The position numbers were made by a program, and so were the translations under genes. A stretch of DNA of 64,000 nucleotides from assembly GCA_036149055.1 (NCBI GenBank), contig JAYZQJ010000143.1, positions 1 through 64,000 on the forward strand, given 5' to 3'. Positions 37,445 through 47,069 of this stretch are shown piece by piece; within the stretch, counting starts at the first letter, position 1, and each line of letters starts with the position of its first letter. The stretch is from Myxococcota bacterium (GTDB lineage: Bacteria > Myxococcota_A > Polyangia > Polyangiales > Sandaracinaceae). Below the pieces are notes generated by a model. The model was not told the DNA's origin, did not search any database, and was given only the letters and a program-made list of their open reading frames with translations.

Positions 37445-38254
37445 ATGCCGCGCTACCACGGTCACCAGCTCCATGTCTCCGTCGCCGGCCCCGAAGACGG
37501 ACCGGTCGCGGTCTTCATCCATTCCTCCGGCCTGAGCGGGCGGCAGTGGAACCGGTACGCCGAGGCGTTCGTGGCCGCGGGCTACCGGGTCCTGGTCCCC
37601 GACCTCATCGGGCAGGGCGAGTCCGAGCCCTGGCGCGCCGAGATGCCGTTCCACTTCCACGCCGACCTCCGCGCCATGGAGGAGCTCGTGTCGGAGGTGG
37701 CTGGCCCGGTGACCCTCGTCGGCCACTCCTACGGCGGCCTGCTGAGCCTCCAGCTCGCGGCGGCGCTACCCCCCGATCGCCTGCGCGCGCTCGTGGTCTA
37801 CGAGCCGGTCACCTGGGGCGTGCTCCACGCGGAGGACGAGCGCGCGCTCGCGAGCTTCCGCGAGGACGGCTTCTTCGACGACGCGCTCGGCGGCACCGAG
37901 GAGTGGACGCGGCGCTTCGTCGACTACTGGAGCGGCGAGGGCGCCTACGACGCGCTGCACGAGGCGGCCCGCGCGCAGATGAACCGGAGCGCGCGCAAGA
38001 CGTTCGAGGAGGTCCGCAGCCTCTGCTACGACTGGACCCCGGCGCGTCACTACGAGGGCATCGTCTGCCCCACCCTCGTGATGCACGGCACCCGCTCTCC
38101 CGCGGAGGCGCAGCGCATCTGCGCCCTCGTCGCCGCCGCCCTGCCCGCCGCGACCCTCCGCCCGATCGAAGGCGCCGGTCACCTCGGCGCCGTCCAGCTG
38201 GCCTCCACCCTCGCCCCTCTCGTCCTCGAGTGGGCGCAGCAGACAGACCTGTGA
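37445..38254 (+). CDS. Alpha/beta hydrolase, divergent from the operon
   Basis: PDLIGQGES, GHSYG nucleophile elbow and GAGH. Confidence 0.92.
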   Translation: MPRYHGHQLHVSVAGPEDGPVAVFIHSSGLSGRQWNRYAEAFVAAGYRVLVPDLIGQGESEPWRAEMPFHFHADLRAMEELVSEVAGPVTLVGHSYGGLLSLQLAAALPPDRLRALVVYEPVTWGVLHAEDERALASFREDGFFDDALGGTEEWTRRFVDYWSGEGAYDALHEAARAQMNRSARKTFEEVRSLCYDWTPARHYEGIVCPTLVMHGTRSPAEAQRICALVAAALPAATLRPIEGAGHLGAVQLASTLAPLVLEWAQQTDL

Positions 38255-38276
38255 GAAGCCTCCAGGCTTCGAGTGG

Positions 38277-39201
38277 CTCTCGCGAAGCCGCCAAGCCGCA
38301 AAGGGAGGTGCGGGCGGCGGGGTCGTGACTCGCCGGGTCGGGGCTGACTGCGGCGGTCTCGTCGACAGCTTTTTTCTCTCGCAGAGGCGCAGAGTCGCAG
38401 AGGGGCGGCGGGGTGGCGGCTCGCCGGGTCGGGGTGGGCGGGGACGGGTTTGGCGACAGCCTTTTTGTCTCACGCAAAGGCGCAAAGACGCAAAGAGCGA
38501 GCGGGGCGGCGAGATGGTGGTTCGCCGGGGCTCGGCGGGTCGTCGCGGTCTCGCCGACAGCTTTTTGTTTCTCGCAGAGGCGCAGAGTCGCAGAGGGGCG
38601 GCGGGGTGGCGGCTCGCCGGGTCGGGGTGGGCTGGCACGGCTTTGGCGACAGCTTTTTTTGTCTCACGCAAAGACGCAAAGACGCAAAGAGCGAGCGGGG
38701 CGGCGAGATGGTGGTCCGCCGGGGCTCGGTGGGTCGTCGCGGTCTCGTCGACTGCTTTTTGTCTCTCGCAGAGGCGCAGAGTCGCAGAGGGGCGGCGGGG
38801 TGGCGGCTCGCCGGGTCGGGGCGGGCTGGCACGGCTTCGGCGACAGTTTTTTGTCTCACGCAGAGGCGCAGAGTCGCAGAGGGGCGGCGGGATGGCGGCT
38901 CGCCTGCCAGTACCCAGCCGCCGGGCGCGGTGGCGTTCCAGGTGGCTGGCGGCGGTCACGTCACGACCCGGCACGACCTGGCCACCTCCCATCCCGCGGC
39001 CCCCAACGCCTCTGCGCCTCTGCGTCTCTGCGAGAAATTAATTGTCTCCCAGTCGTCAACGATCGGAGGAGCGGCACAATCGTGCCGGCGGTGTGGGCGC
39101 TGGCCGTCGGGGACCCGGCGGCCGGGCGCCACGGCGTGCCAGGCGGCTGGGAGCGCTGAGGCGCTCAGCGGGGACTTGGCGGCTTTGCGCCTTGGCGAGA
39201 G
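38277..39201. repeat. Intergenic array of triple-octamer repeats (CGCAGAGN)x3 / (CGCAAAGN)x3
   Basis: Forward motifs start at 38380, 38473, 38573, 38667, 38767 and 38859 (A-B-A-B-A-A, 193-194 bp dimer period). A reverse copy lies at 39009-39039, and CGCCAAG-type variants at about 38281 and 39175-39201. Confidence 0.92.
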
Positions 39202-39203
39202 CC

Positions 39204-39273
39204 CTTCGTCGAAGCGTCTCCGACGAAGACGAAGCGGAGCGGCTCAGCCTTCGTCGAAGCGTCTCCGACGAAG
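39204..39273. repeat. Two identical 25-bp palindromes CTTCGTCG-AAGCGTCTC-CGACGAAG
   Basis: Copies at 39204-39228 and 39249-39273; a related copy at 9003-9027. Confidence 0.85.
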
Positions 39274-39275
39274 GG

Positions 39276-39644
39276 TCAGCGGCACTCGGAGCCGGCGTCC
39301 TTGGTGATCAGGGGGCGCAGGGTCTCGAGGTGGGCCATCCAGCGCTCGCGGATGGCCTCGGAGACGCCGTGCTCGCGGAGGGTGTCGTCGAGGATCTTCT
39401 TCCGCCGCTCGAAGTGGCCGCCCATGATGCGGTGCGGCGCGTGGGCCTTGTCGAGGGGGCGGCCGCCGTAGGTCACCGGGCCTCCGAGGTGCTCGGCGGC
39501 GTGTTGCAGCTCCATCTCCTTGATGCGCTCGCGGCTCGCGCTGCGGAAGAAGAAGCCGATCATCAGGTCGTCGAACATGCGGTCGACGAACGCGTCGATG
39601 ACCGCGCGCAGCCGCTCCTCGCCGATCTCGTCGTAGTCCGACAC
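39276..39644 (-). CDS. Group 1 truncated hemoglobin
   Basis: VIDAFVDRMFDDLMIGFFF, LGGPVTYGGRPLDKAH and GHF. GTG start at 39644. Confidence 0.88.
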   Translation of the reverse strand: MSDYDEIGEERLRAVIDAFVDRMFDDLMIGFFFRSASRERIKEMELQHAAEHLGGPVTYGGRPLDKAHAPHRIMGGHFERRKKILDDTLREHGVSEAIRERWMAHLETLRPLITKDAGSECR

Positions 39645-39723
39645 GCCCGGAACGTAGGACGGGCCCTCCGTGGGGCAAACCCCCTTTGTGGAGGGGCGCG
39701 GGGATCCGGTAGGGTGCCTGGCC

Positions 39724-40524
39724 GTGAGTCGTCGCACCCCGATGTTCGGGCTCAGCGCCCTCTGCGCCGTCGCCGCCCTCGCCGGGCCGGTCCGCGCGGA
39801 CCAGGCGGAGCAGACCGAGACCGAGGCGCTCCCGGTGGTGGAGCTCGCCGGGCGAGTGCCCGAGCGCTGGCTGACCGACGCCACCGACGACTTCCCGCTC
39901 ACCCCCGCCCGGTGGCGCCGTCGCATGCCCCCCGAGTGCCGGACCCGCGGCGGCTACCGCGATCACTGCCAGGGCCCGCGCCTGGTCCCCGAGCCCCACG
40001 GCGCGGCCGCCGAGCGGGCGCGTCGGCTCGCCCTCGGGCAGCGCGCCACCGCGCTCGTGGTCATGCACCAGCGGCCGTTCGACGAGTGGATGCAGGCGGT
40101 CGAGTCGCTCGACGCCGACGGCTCGCTCACCTTCCCGGTGCCGGTGGGCCGGCTCGGCCGCGGCTTCGGCCGCACCCGCACCGGATCGCTGCGCCACCGC
40201 CGACACTTCGGGGTCGACATCGGCGCGGACGAGGGCAGCGAGATCGTCGCCTCGCGCGACGGGCTCGTCATGTACAGCGACAACGAGCTGACCGGCTACG
40301 GCAACGTCGTCATCCTCCTCCACCGTGAGGGCTTCTCCACCTTCTACGCCCACTGCCGCCGCATCCACGTCTTCGCCGGCCAGTGGGTCCGCCGGGGCCA
40401 GCCCATCGCCGAGGTCGGCATGACCGGCTTCGCCCGGGCGCCCCACCTCCACTTCGAGTGGCGTCAGCGCGGCTGGCCCCGCGACCCGACGTCGCGCTTC
40501 CGTTCCCGAATCACGGGCGAGTGA
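39724..40524 (+). CDS. M23 family metallopeptidase
   Basis: HFGVDI, GYGN, YAH and PHLHFE. Signal-like N-terminus; start is approximate. Confidence 0.92.
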   Translation: MSRRTPMFGLSALCAVAALAGPVRADQAEQTETEALPVVELAGRVPERWLTDATDDFPLTPARWRRRMPPECRTRGGYRDHCQGPRLVPEPHGAAAERARRLALGQRATALVVMHQRPFDEWMQAVESLDADGSLTFPVPVGRLGRGFGRTRTGSLRHRRHFGVDIGADEGSEIVASRDGLVMYSDNELTGYGNVVILLHREGFSTFYAHCRRIHVFAGQWVRRGQPIAEVGMTGFARAPHLHFEWRQRGWPRDPTSRFRSRITGE

Positions 40525-40534
40525 AGGTGCTACC

Positions 40535-41617
40535 GTGCCCCGCGTGACCGAAGGCCTGCCTCTGACCGTGGGTCCCTACGAGCCGGTCGCCGAGCTCGCG
40601 ATCGGCGGCATGGCGCGGGTGCTCGTCGCCAAGCAGACCGGGCTCGCCGGCTTCGAGCGCCAGGTGGCGCTGAAGCTCATGCGCCCGGAGCTGGCCGACG
40701 ACGACGACTACGCGACCATGTTCCTCGACGAGGCGCGCATCGCCTCGCGCATCCAGCACCCGAACGTCGTCACCATCCTCGACGTCGGCCGCGACGACCG
40801 CACCCAGATCCTCTACATGGCGATGGAGCTGGTGCTCGGCGCGACGGTGTCGCAGATGCTGCGGCTCCGGCGTCCGATCCCCACGAACGTGGTGCTGGAG
40901 CTCATCGCGCAGTCCGCCGACGGGCTCGACGCCGCCCACCGCGCGACCACCGCGAGCGGCGCCCCGCTCGAGCTGGTGCACCGCGACGTGTCGCCGGCGA
41001 ACCTGCTGGTCGGCTTCGACGGCGTGGTGCGGGTGTCGGACTTCGGCATCGCCCGCGCGGCCGAGCGCATGACCAAGACCACCGCCGGCCAGTTCAAGGG
41101 CAAGCTCGAGTACTGCGCCCCGGAGCAGGCCCTCGGTCACGCGGTCGACCGCCGCACCGATCTCTTCGGCCTCGGCATCGTCGCCTGGGAGCTCTTCGCC
41201 GGGGACCGGCTCTTCGCGGGCCCGACCCCGTTCAAGACGCTCGACGCGGTGCTGCACCTCGAGATCCCGCCCGTCACCCGCATGCGCGAGGGCATCCCGG
41301 AGGAGGCGGCGAAGATGATCCACGCGCTCCTCCAGCGCGACGTCTCCAGCCGCCCGAGCCGCGCCGCGAAGGTGGCGGAGGTGCTCCGCCGGGCGGCCGC
41401 GAGCGCGGGCCTCGAGCCGCCCCACCAGGCGCTCCGGGACTGGGCGCGGCGGGCGGCGAGCGAGATGGCGCTGCGCCTCGCCGGGCTGCCGACCGACGAC
41501 ATGGACACCCTCGACGAGGCGCTCGACGAGGAGCGCCAGACCCTGGTCTCCGAGCCGCCTCCGGGCATGAGCGACGAGCCCGAGACGAGGGTCGGCCGAC
41601 GCCAGACCAAGGGTTGA
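40535..41617 (+). CDS. Hanks-type Ser/Thr protein kinase (cytoplasmic)
   Basis: GGMA, VALK, HRDVSPAN, DFGIA, APEQ and DLFGLG. Confidence 0.95.
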   Translation: MPRVTEGLPLTVGPYEPVAELAIGGMARVLVAKQTGLAGFERQVALKLMRPELADDDDYATMFLDEARIASRIQHPNVVTILDVGRDDRTQILYMAMELVLGATVSQMLRLRRPIPTNVVLELIAQSADGLDAAHRATTASGAPLELVHRDVSPANLLVGFDGVVRVSDFGIARAAERMTKTTAGQFKGKLEYCAPEQALGHAVDRRTDLFGLGIVAWELFAGDRLFAGPTPFKTLDAVLHLEIPPVTRMREGIPEEAAKMIHALLQRDVSSRPSRAAKVAEVLRRAAASAGLEPPHQALRDWARRAASEMALRLAGLPTDDMDTLDEALDEERQTLVSEPPPGMSDEPETRVGRRQTKG

Positions 41618-41801
41618 GCGGCGCGCCGGGTCCGAGCGGGGTGGGGATCTCCAGGGCCGCCGCCGCGTACCAAGACGGAGCGGGAAACATTTTCCCGTCT
41701 CGCCCGTCAGAAGCGGGCGGGGGCATGGGAGGCGCGATCAATCAGTCGGTCACGATCCGGCGGCACGTGGGCACGTTCTCGGTGGAGAACGTGAGGCGCC
41801 C

Positions 41802-44294
41802 ATGAACGACGAGACCCGGAGCGACGGACTGCCGGCCTCCCTCACCCGCGAGATCGCGCGGGCGCGGGCGCGCCTCAACCGCCACGTGCTGCTCGACGCG
41901 ACGCTCTGTGGCCTCGCGGCCGGGCTCGCCGCCTTCGCCCCCGCCGCGCTCGCGCTCTCGATCGCGGGCCTGCCCCTCCACTGGGGCGCCGCGGCGATGG
42001 GCCTCGCCCTGGTGGGCGTCATGGCCTTCGAGCTCCGCCGCCGCTGGCACGACGACCTCGACGCGGCGATGGTGCTCGACCGGGTGCTCGACGCGAAGGA
42101 CCGCTTCGCGACCGCGCTGCAGCTCTCGGGCGCCGAGGAGGTGCCGAAGCTCCACCGCCTCCAGATTCGCTCGGCCGAGACCTTCCTCGCCGACGCGGGC
42201 GAGGTGCCGGCCCCGCCGCGCCCGCCCTTCCGCGTCGGACGCTACGCCGCGGCCGCGGTGATCGCGCTCGGCGTCTCCGTCCCCCTCGCGGTGGCCTGGC
42301 CGGAGCTGGTGGCCTGGCTCGGCGGTGACGACGCCGCGCTCGAGCCCGAGGACCCGCGCACGCCGGAGGAGATCGCGGCCGCCGCCGAGGCCCTCCGCCA
42401 GCGCCTCGCCGAGAACCCCGACCGCCGGCTCGACGCAGAGATCAACGCGCTCGAGCACGAGCTCGCCGAGCAGCGCGCCCGGGCGATGGACCAGCGCGCC
42501 GACGCCATCCGGGAGGCGGCCGAGATCCTGGAGCGCGCCGCGGGCATCGATCCCGAGGCCGACGGAGGCGAGGGCGCCGAGCCGGGCGAAGAGCGGGCGA
42601 GCGCCGAAGATCGTCCGCTCCCCACCTCCGTGGACCAGGAGCCTCCCGAGACCGCGTCACGCCGGCTGATGGACGCCTGGGACGAGGCGCGCGAGGCGAT
42701 GGAGCGCTGGCGGGAGGCGGCGCGGCGGCCCGACGCCGATCCGTTCCAGACCGCGCAGCTCCAGCACGAGGCCCAGCGCCGTCAGATGGAGGCGCTCCAG
42801 CTCGCGCGCCAGGAGCGCAGCTGGGAGCAGGCCCAGACCGAGGAGCAGCGCGAGGCGCAGCGCCGCCAGCGAGAGCAGCGCGCGGCCGAGGCCCAGACCC
42901 CCGCCGACCGGATGAGCGAGTCGGTGGATCGGCTCGACCGCGCGCTCGCCGCCCTGCACCGCGACGACGACTCGCCCGACGTGCCTCCCCCGGCGGTGAG
43001 CGAGGCCCTGCGCGACGCCAACGAGCGCCTCGCCGAGCACACCCCCCGCACCGCCGAGCAGCTCGACCGCGCCGCCGGCGCCCGCGACCAGGGCGACGGC
43101 GAGCAGATGGATCGCGCCCTCGAGCAGGCCCGCGAGGCGCTCCGCCGCGAGGCCGGCCAGCAGGCGCAGCAGCTGAGCGACGCCCGCCGCCGCCTCGATC
43201 AGCTGCACGACGAGGTCGCCCGCCGCGCCGCCGAGCGCGCGGGGCAGCAGGGCAGCGGCGAGCAGCTCGCGCAGGCGGGGCAGCAGGGGCTGCAGGAGGG
43301 CCAGAACGGGCAGCAGGGTCAGAGCGGGCAGCAGGGGCAGAGCGGGCAGCAAGGGCAGAACGGGCAGCAAGGCCAGAACGGTCAGGGCCAGCAGGGCCAG
43401 GACGGGCAGCAGGGTCAGAATGGCCAGGGCCAGAACGGGCAGCAGGGTCAGCAGGGGCAGAACGGTCAGGGCCAGAACGGGCAGCAGGGTCAGGGGCAGA
43501 ACGGGCAGGGCCAGAACGGGCAGCAGGGTCAGGGACAAGGCCAGGGGCAGGGTCAGGGACAAGGCCAGGGCCAGGGCCAGGGCCAAGGCCAGGGGCAGGG
43601 GCAGGGCCAGGGTCAGGGACAAGGCCAGGGTCAGGGACAGGGTCAGGGACAGGGCCAGGGCCAGGGGCAGGGACAGGGCCAGGGTCAGGGTCAGGGTCAG
43701 GGACAAGGCCAAGGGCAGGGGCAAGGCGACGGGCAAGGGCACGGGCACGGGCAAGGGCACGGGAGCTCGTCGCAGACTTCGTCTGGCTCGGGGCAAGGAC
43801 GAGGTCAGGGGCAGGGGCAGGGGCAGACCGGGTGGGGGCAGCAGGGGAATGGGCAGGGCGGCGGTCAGGGACAGAACGGGCAGGGCGGCGGTCAGGGACA
43901 GGGAGGGCAGGCGCAGGGCGGTGAGTCCCAGCGCGGCAGCCAGTCCTGGGGCTCCGGGTCGGGCGGGGATCCGCTCGGGCAGGGCGCGGCCACCGGGGAC
44001 TCGAACCACGACGTGAACACCGACCCGGGCGCCGACCCGGGCCAGCAGGCGAGCACCAGCCAGGACGCCCAGGAGGGCGGCTTCATCCCCGGCGGCGGGC
44101 GGGGAGGCGGGCAGAGCTCGCAGCACATGGACGCGCTGCAAGGCGGGCGCGGCGGGCCGGGCTCCGGATCGCTCGCCGGCGGTGGGCAAGACGGCCCCCG
44201 CGTGGGCGGCGACAGCACGATCCCCGCCTCCCTTCGCGCCTACGTGCGGCGCTACCTCGAGACGATCCGCGGTGGACAGACCGACGGCAATTGA
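41802..44294 (+). CDS. Membrane-anchored coiled-coil protein with a long Gln/Gly tract (MoxR-operon accessory)
   Basis: N-terminal TM helices, DRFATA, coiled coil, (QG)n tract and C-terminal IPASLRAYVRRYL. Confidence 0.85.
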   Translation: MNDETRSDGLPASLTREIARARARLNRHVLLDATLCGLAAGLAAFAPAALALSIAGLPLHWGAAAMGLALVGVMAFELRRRWHDDLDAAMVLDRVLDAKDRFATALQLSGAEEVPKLHRLQIRSAETFLADAGEVPAPPRPPFRVGRYAAAAVIALGVSVPLAVAWPELVAWLGGDDAALEPEDPRTPEEIAAAAEALRQRLAENPDRRLDAEINALEHELAEQRARAMDQRADAIREAAEILERAAGIDPEADGGEGAEPGEERASAEDRPLPTSVDQEPPETASRRLMDAWDEAREAMERWREAARRPDADPFQTAQLQHEAQRRQMEALQLARQERSWEQAQTEEQREAQRRQREQRAAEAQTPADRMSESVDRLDRALAALHRDDDSPDVPPPAVSEALRDANERLAEHTPRTAEQLDRAAGARDQGDGEQMDRALEQAREALRREAGQQAQQLSDARRRLDQLHDEVARRAAERAGQQGSGEQLAQAGQQGLQEGQNGQQGQSGQQGQSGQQGQNGQQGQNGQGQQGQDGQQGQNGQGQNGQQGQQGQNGQGQNGQQGQGQNGQGQNGQQGQGQGQGQGQGQGQGQGQGQGQGQGQGQGQGQGQGQGQGQGQGQGQGQGQGQGQGQGQGQGQGQGQGDGQGHGHGQGHGSSSQTSSGSGQGRGQGQGQGQTGWGQQGNGQGGGQGQNGQGGGQGQGGQAQGGESQRGSQSWGSGSGGDPLGQGAATGDSNHDVNTDPGADPGQQASTSQDAQEGGFIPGGGRGGGQSSQHMDALQGGRGGPGSGSLAGGGQDGPRVGGDSTIPASLRAYVRRYLETIRGGQTDGN
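43300..43920 (+). repeat. Coding low-complexity tract (CAGGGN)n encoding QG/QNG repeats
   Basis: Long run of 6-bp CAGGGN/CAAGGN units with synonymous variation. Confidence 0.9.
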
Positions 44295-44304
44295 GAGAGA
44301 GACG

Positions 44305-45324
44305 ATGGGCGAAACGAATCAGGTACACGTGCTCAACCCGTTCGACAGCGTTCGCGCGCTCTGCCGCGACATGACGGCGGAGATCGGCAAGCGGGTGGTC
44401 GGCCAGCAGGACGCCATCGACTGCCTCACGGCGGGCTTGCTCCTCGGCGGCCACGTCCTCATGGAGGGCGTGCCCGGCGTCGGCAAGACGCTGCTGGCGC
44501 GCACCCTCGCGGACGTCGTGGACCTGAGCTTCGCCCGCGTGCAGTTCACGCCCGACCTCATGCCGGCCGACGTGCTCGGCACCCACATCGTCTCGGTCGG
44601 GTCCGACGGTCGGCCGACGATGACGCTCCAGCAGGGCCCGCTCTTCGGCAACGTCATCCTCGCCGACGAGATCAACCGCGCCTCGCCCAAGACGCAGTCC
44701 GCGCTCCTCGAGGCCATGCAGGAGAAGCAGATCTCCCTCGGCACGGAGACCTACCCGCTGCCGCGCCCGTTCTTCGTCGTCGCCACTCAGAACCCGATCG
44801 ACAACGAGGGCACCTACCCGCTCCCGGAGGCGCAGCTCGATCGTTTCCTGATGAAGCTGATGATCGGCTTCCCCTCCGAGGACGACGTGCTCGCGATCGT
44901 CGATCGCACCGCCGACGGGATCGACGCCACGGTCGGCAGCGTGGCCACGAGCGAGCAGCTGATCAGCGCCGGCAAGACCATCCGGCAGATGCCCACCGCC
45001 GAGACCATCAGCCGCTACGCGGTGCGCCTGGTGCTCGCGACCCACCCCGAGCACGAGTACGCGCCCGCCTGCGTGCGCCGCTACGTGCGGGCCGGCGCCT
45101 CACCCCGCGCGGCCCAGAGCCTCCTCGCGGTCGCGAAGTTCTTCGCCGTGCTCGACGGCCGGCTCAACGCGAGCGCCGACGACGTGCGCCGCGCCGCCTA
45201 CCCCTGCCTCCGCCACCGCATCCTCCTCAACTTCGACGCCATCGCCGACGACGCGACCACCGACACGCTGATCCGTCAGCTGCTGATGGATCTGGACGCC
45301 CCGAAGAACCCGAAGCGCAAGTAA
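44305..45324 (+). CDS. moxR: MoxR-family AAA+ ATPase
   Basis: EGVPGVGKT, RVQFTPDLMPAD, LADEINRA, ATQNP, LPEAQLDRF and GASPRA. Confidence 0.96.
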   Translation: MGETNQVHVLNPFDSVRALCRDMTAEIGKRVVGQQDAIDCLTAGLLLGGHVLMEGVPGVGKTLLARTLADVVDLSFARVQFTPDLMPADVLGTHIVSVGSDGRPTMTLQQGPLFGNVILADEINRASPKTQSALLEAMQEKQISLGTETYPLPRPFFVVATQNPIDNEGTYPLPEAQLDRFLMKLMIGFPSEDDVLAIVDRTADGIDATVGSVATSEQLISAGKTIRQMPTAETISRYAVRLVLATHPEHEYAPACVRRYVRAGASPRAAQSLLAVAKFFAVLDGRLNASADDVRRAAYPCLRHRILLNFDAIADDATTDTLIRQLLMDLDAPKNPKRK

Positions 45325-45325
45325 C

Positions 45326-46216
45326 GTGGCCATCCTCGATCGCACCGTCCGCCGCGTGCTCGATCGGATGCGCCTCGTCGTCCGTCCGAGCGCGACCGCC
45401 GCCCGCCAGGGAGGGCACCGCTCCCCCTTCAAGGCGAGCGGCGTCGAGTTCGCCGACCACCGCCCCTACGTCAGCGGCGACGACGTGCGGCACATCGACT
45501 GGAAGGCGTTCGCCCGGCACGGCCACCTCGTGCTCCGCCAGTTCGAGGAGGAGCGCGACGCCTTCGTGCACGTGCTCCTCGACGTCACCGGCTCGATGAG
45601 CCGCGGCGCCCCGCCGAAGATCGAGGTCGCCCGCATGCTCGCCGGCGCGTTCGTCTACGTCGGCATGCGTCAGTTCGACCGCGCCCGCGTCATCCCCTTC
45701 GCGGACGAGCTCGACGATCGCCCCCTCGCCATCCGCGGTCCGCAGGATCTGCCCCAGCTCGAGCGCTACCTCTCGGACAGCGAGGCCGCCGGCCCGACCT
45801 TCTTCGACGAGGCCATCCGTCAGCTCGCGGCCCGCGGCGTCCCGCGGGGCCTGGTGGTGGTCATCAGCGACTTCATGGCCCCCGACGGTTGGGAGGACGG
45901 CTTCCGCCGCCTCGGCGCGATGGGCCACGAGCTCCGCGTCATCCACGTGCGCTGCCAGGAGGACCTCGAGCCCGGCTGGCGCGGCGAGCTCGAGCTGCGC
46001 GACGCGGAGACCGACGAGCGCGTGCGCCTCCGCGTCAACGACGCGCTCTTGAAGCGCTACCAGGCCGAGGTGAAGAGGCACCTCGACGCGGTCCGCGAGA
46101 GCTGCCGCAAGACCGGCGGCTGGTTCCAGGACGTCGACGTCGCGATGCCCACCGACGCCGCCCTCCTCCGCGTCTTCGCCGCCCCCCGCCTCCGCTCCGC
46201 CGCAGGTGCCCGATGA
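45326..46216 (+). CDS. DUF58 (vWA-like) protein
   Basis: GVEFADHRPY..GDD.RHIDWK, LLDVTGSM and VISDF. Confidence 0.93.
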   Translation: MAILDRTVRRVLDRMRLVVRPSATAARQGGHRSPFKASGVEFADHRPYVSGDDVRHIDWKAFARHGHLVLRQFEEERDAFVHVLLDVTGSMSRGAPPKIEVARMLAGAFVYVGMRQFDRARVIPFADELDDRPLAIRGPQDLPQLERYLSDSEAAGPTFFDEAIRQLAARGVPRGLVVVISDFMAPDGWEDGFRRLGAMGHELRVIHVRCQEDLEPGWRGELELRDAETDERVRLRVNDALLKRYQAEVKRHLDAVRESCRKTGGWFQDVDVAMPTDAALLRVFAAPRLRSAAGAR

Positions 46217-46236
46217 CCTTCTTCGGGAAACACATC

Positions 46237-47043
46237 GGCTCGTTTGCGGAAGTCAATTTCACGCAAAGACGCAAAGACGCAAAGGTTGGCGGGATGGACG
46301 CTGCCGGCCGGATTCCTGGCTGCGACCACTCGCTCTCGAAGGTCGCGTGGTTTTCTCGCTATTTCTCGCAGAGTCGCAGAGGCGCAGAGGTGAGCGGGGT
46401 GGAAGCTCCGCGCTCGACGTCGCCACGCGTTGGCTCGTTTGCGGAAGCCATTTTCACGCAAAGACGCAAAGACGCAAAGGTTGGCGGGATGGACGCCGCC
46501 GGCCGGGTTCCCGGCAGCGACCACTCGCTCTCGAAGGTCGCGTGGTCTTGCGACTATCTCTCGCAGAGTCGCAGAGGCGCAGAGGTGGGCGGGGTGGGAG
46601 CTCCGCGCTCGACGTCGCCACGCGGCTCGTTTGCGGAAGTGCAGAAGCATCCGCAGACCCCGGCAATGAGGCACGACTCGGCACCCGGCGGCGAGCCGCC
46701 AGCCCGCGGCCATCTCTGCGCCTCTGCGCCTCTGCGTGAAATTCAGAAGCCCCCGCAGCGCTCCAGAACGACGCTCTCCGGAGCGGTTGCCCCCACGAGC
46801 GACCTTTGCGTCTTTGCGTCTTTGCGTGAAATTCAGAAGCCTCCGCAGCCCCCGACAACAAAAGGCGACTCGGTACCTGGCGGCGAGCCGCCACCCCGCG
46901 GCCACCTCTGCGCCTCTGCGCCTCTGCGTGAAATTCAGAAGCCTCCGCAGCCCCCGACAACAAATGACGACTCGGTACCCGGCGGCGAGTTGCCGTCCCG
47001 CGGCCTCACGACCCTCTTTGCGGCTTCGCGCCTTTGCGAGAGC
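46237..47043. repeat. Second array of the triple-octamer family, arranged as a large imperfect palindrome
   Basis: Forward motifs at 46262, 46367, 46457 and 46562 (195-bp dimer period). Reverse motifs at about 46714, 46804, 46906 and 47017. Confidence 0.92.
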
Positions 47044-47069
47044 CCATTCGCTCCCGAAGGAGCGCCGAA

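Noticed and set aside
38277..39201. CRISPR array
   Set aside because: The sequences between motifs are themselves repeated rather than unique spacers, motifs alternate between two types and invert, and there are no cas genes in the window. The same applies to 46237-47043 and 58680-59360.
37766..39307. Several 130-400 aa ORFs over the repeat array
   Set aside because: They are translations of stop-poor repeats (LCDSAPLRE, QRRRVAE) in multiple frames, with no coupling or RBS support.
43300..43920. Non-coding satellite or assembly artefact
   Set aside because: The tract is in frame within a plausible gene and shows synonymous third-position variation, consistent with a coded QG linker.
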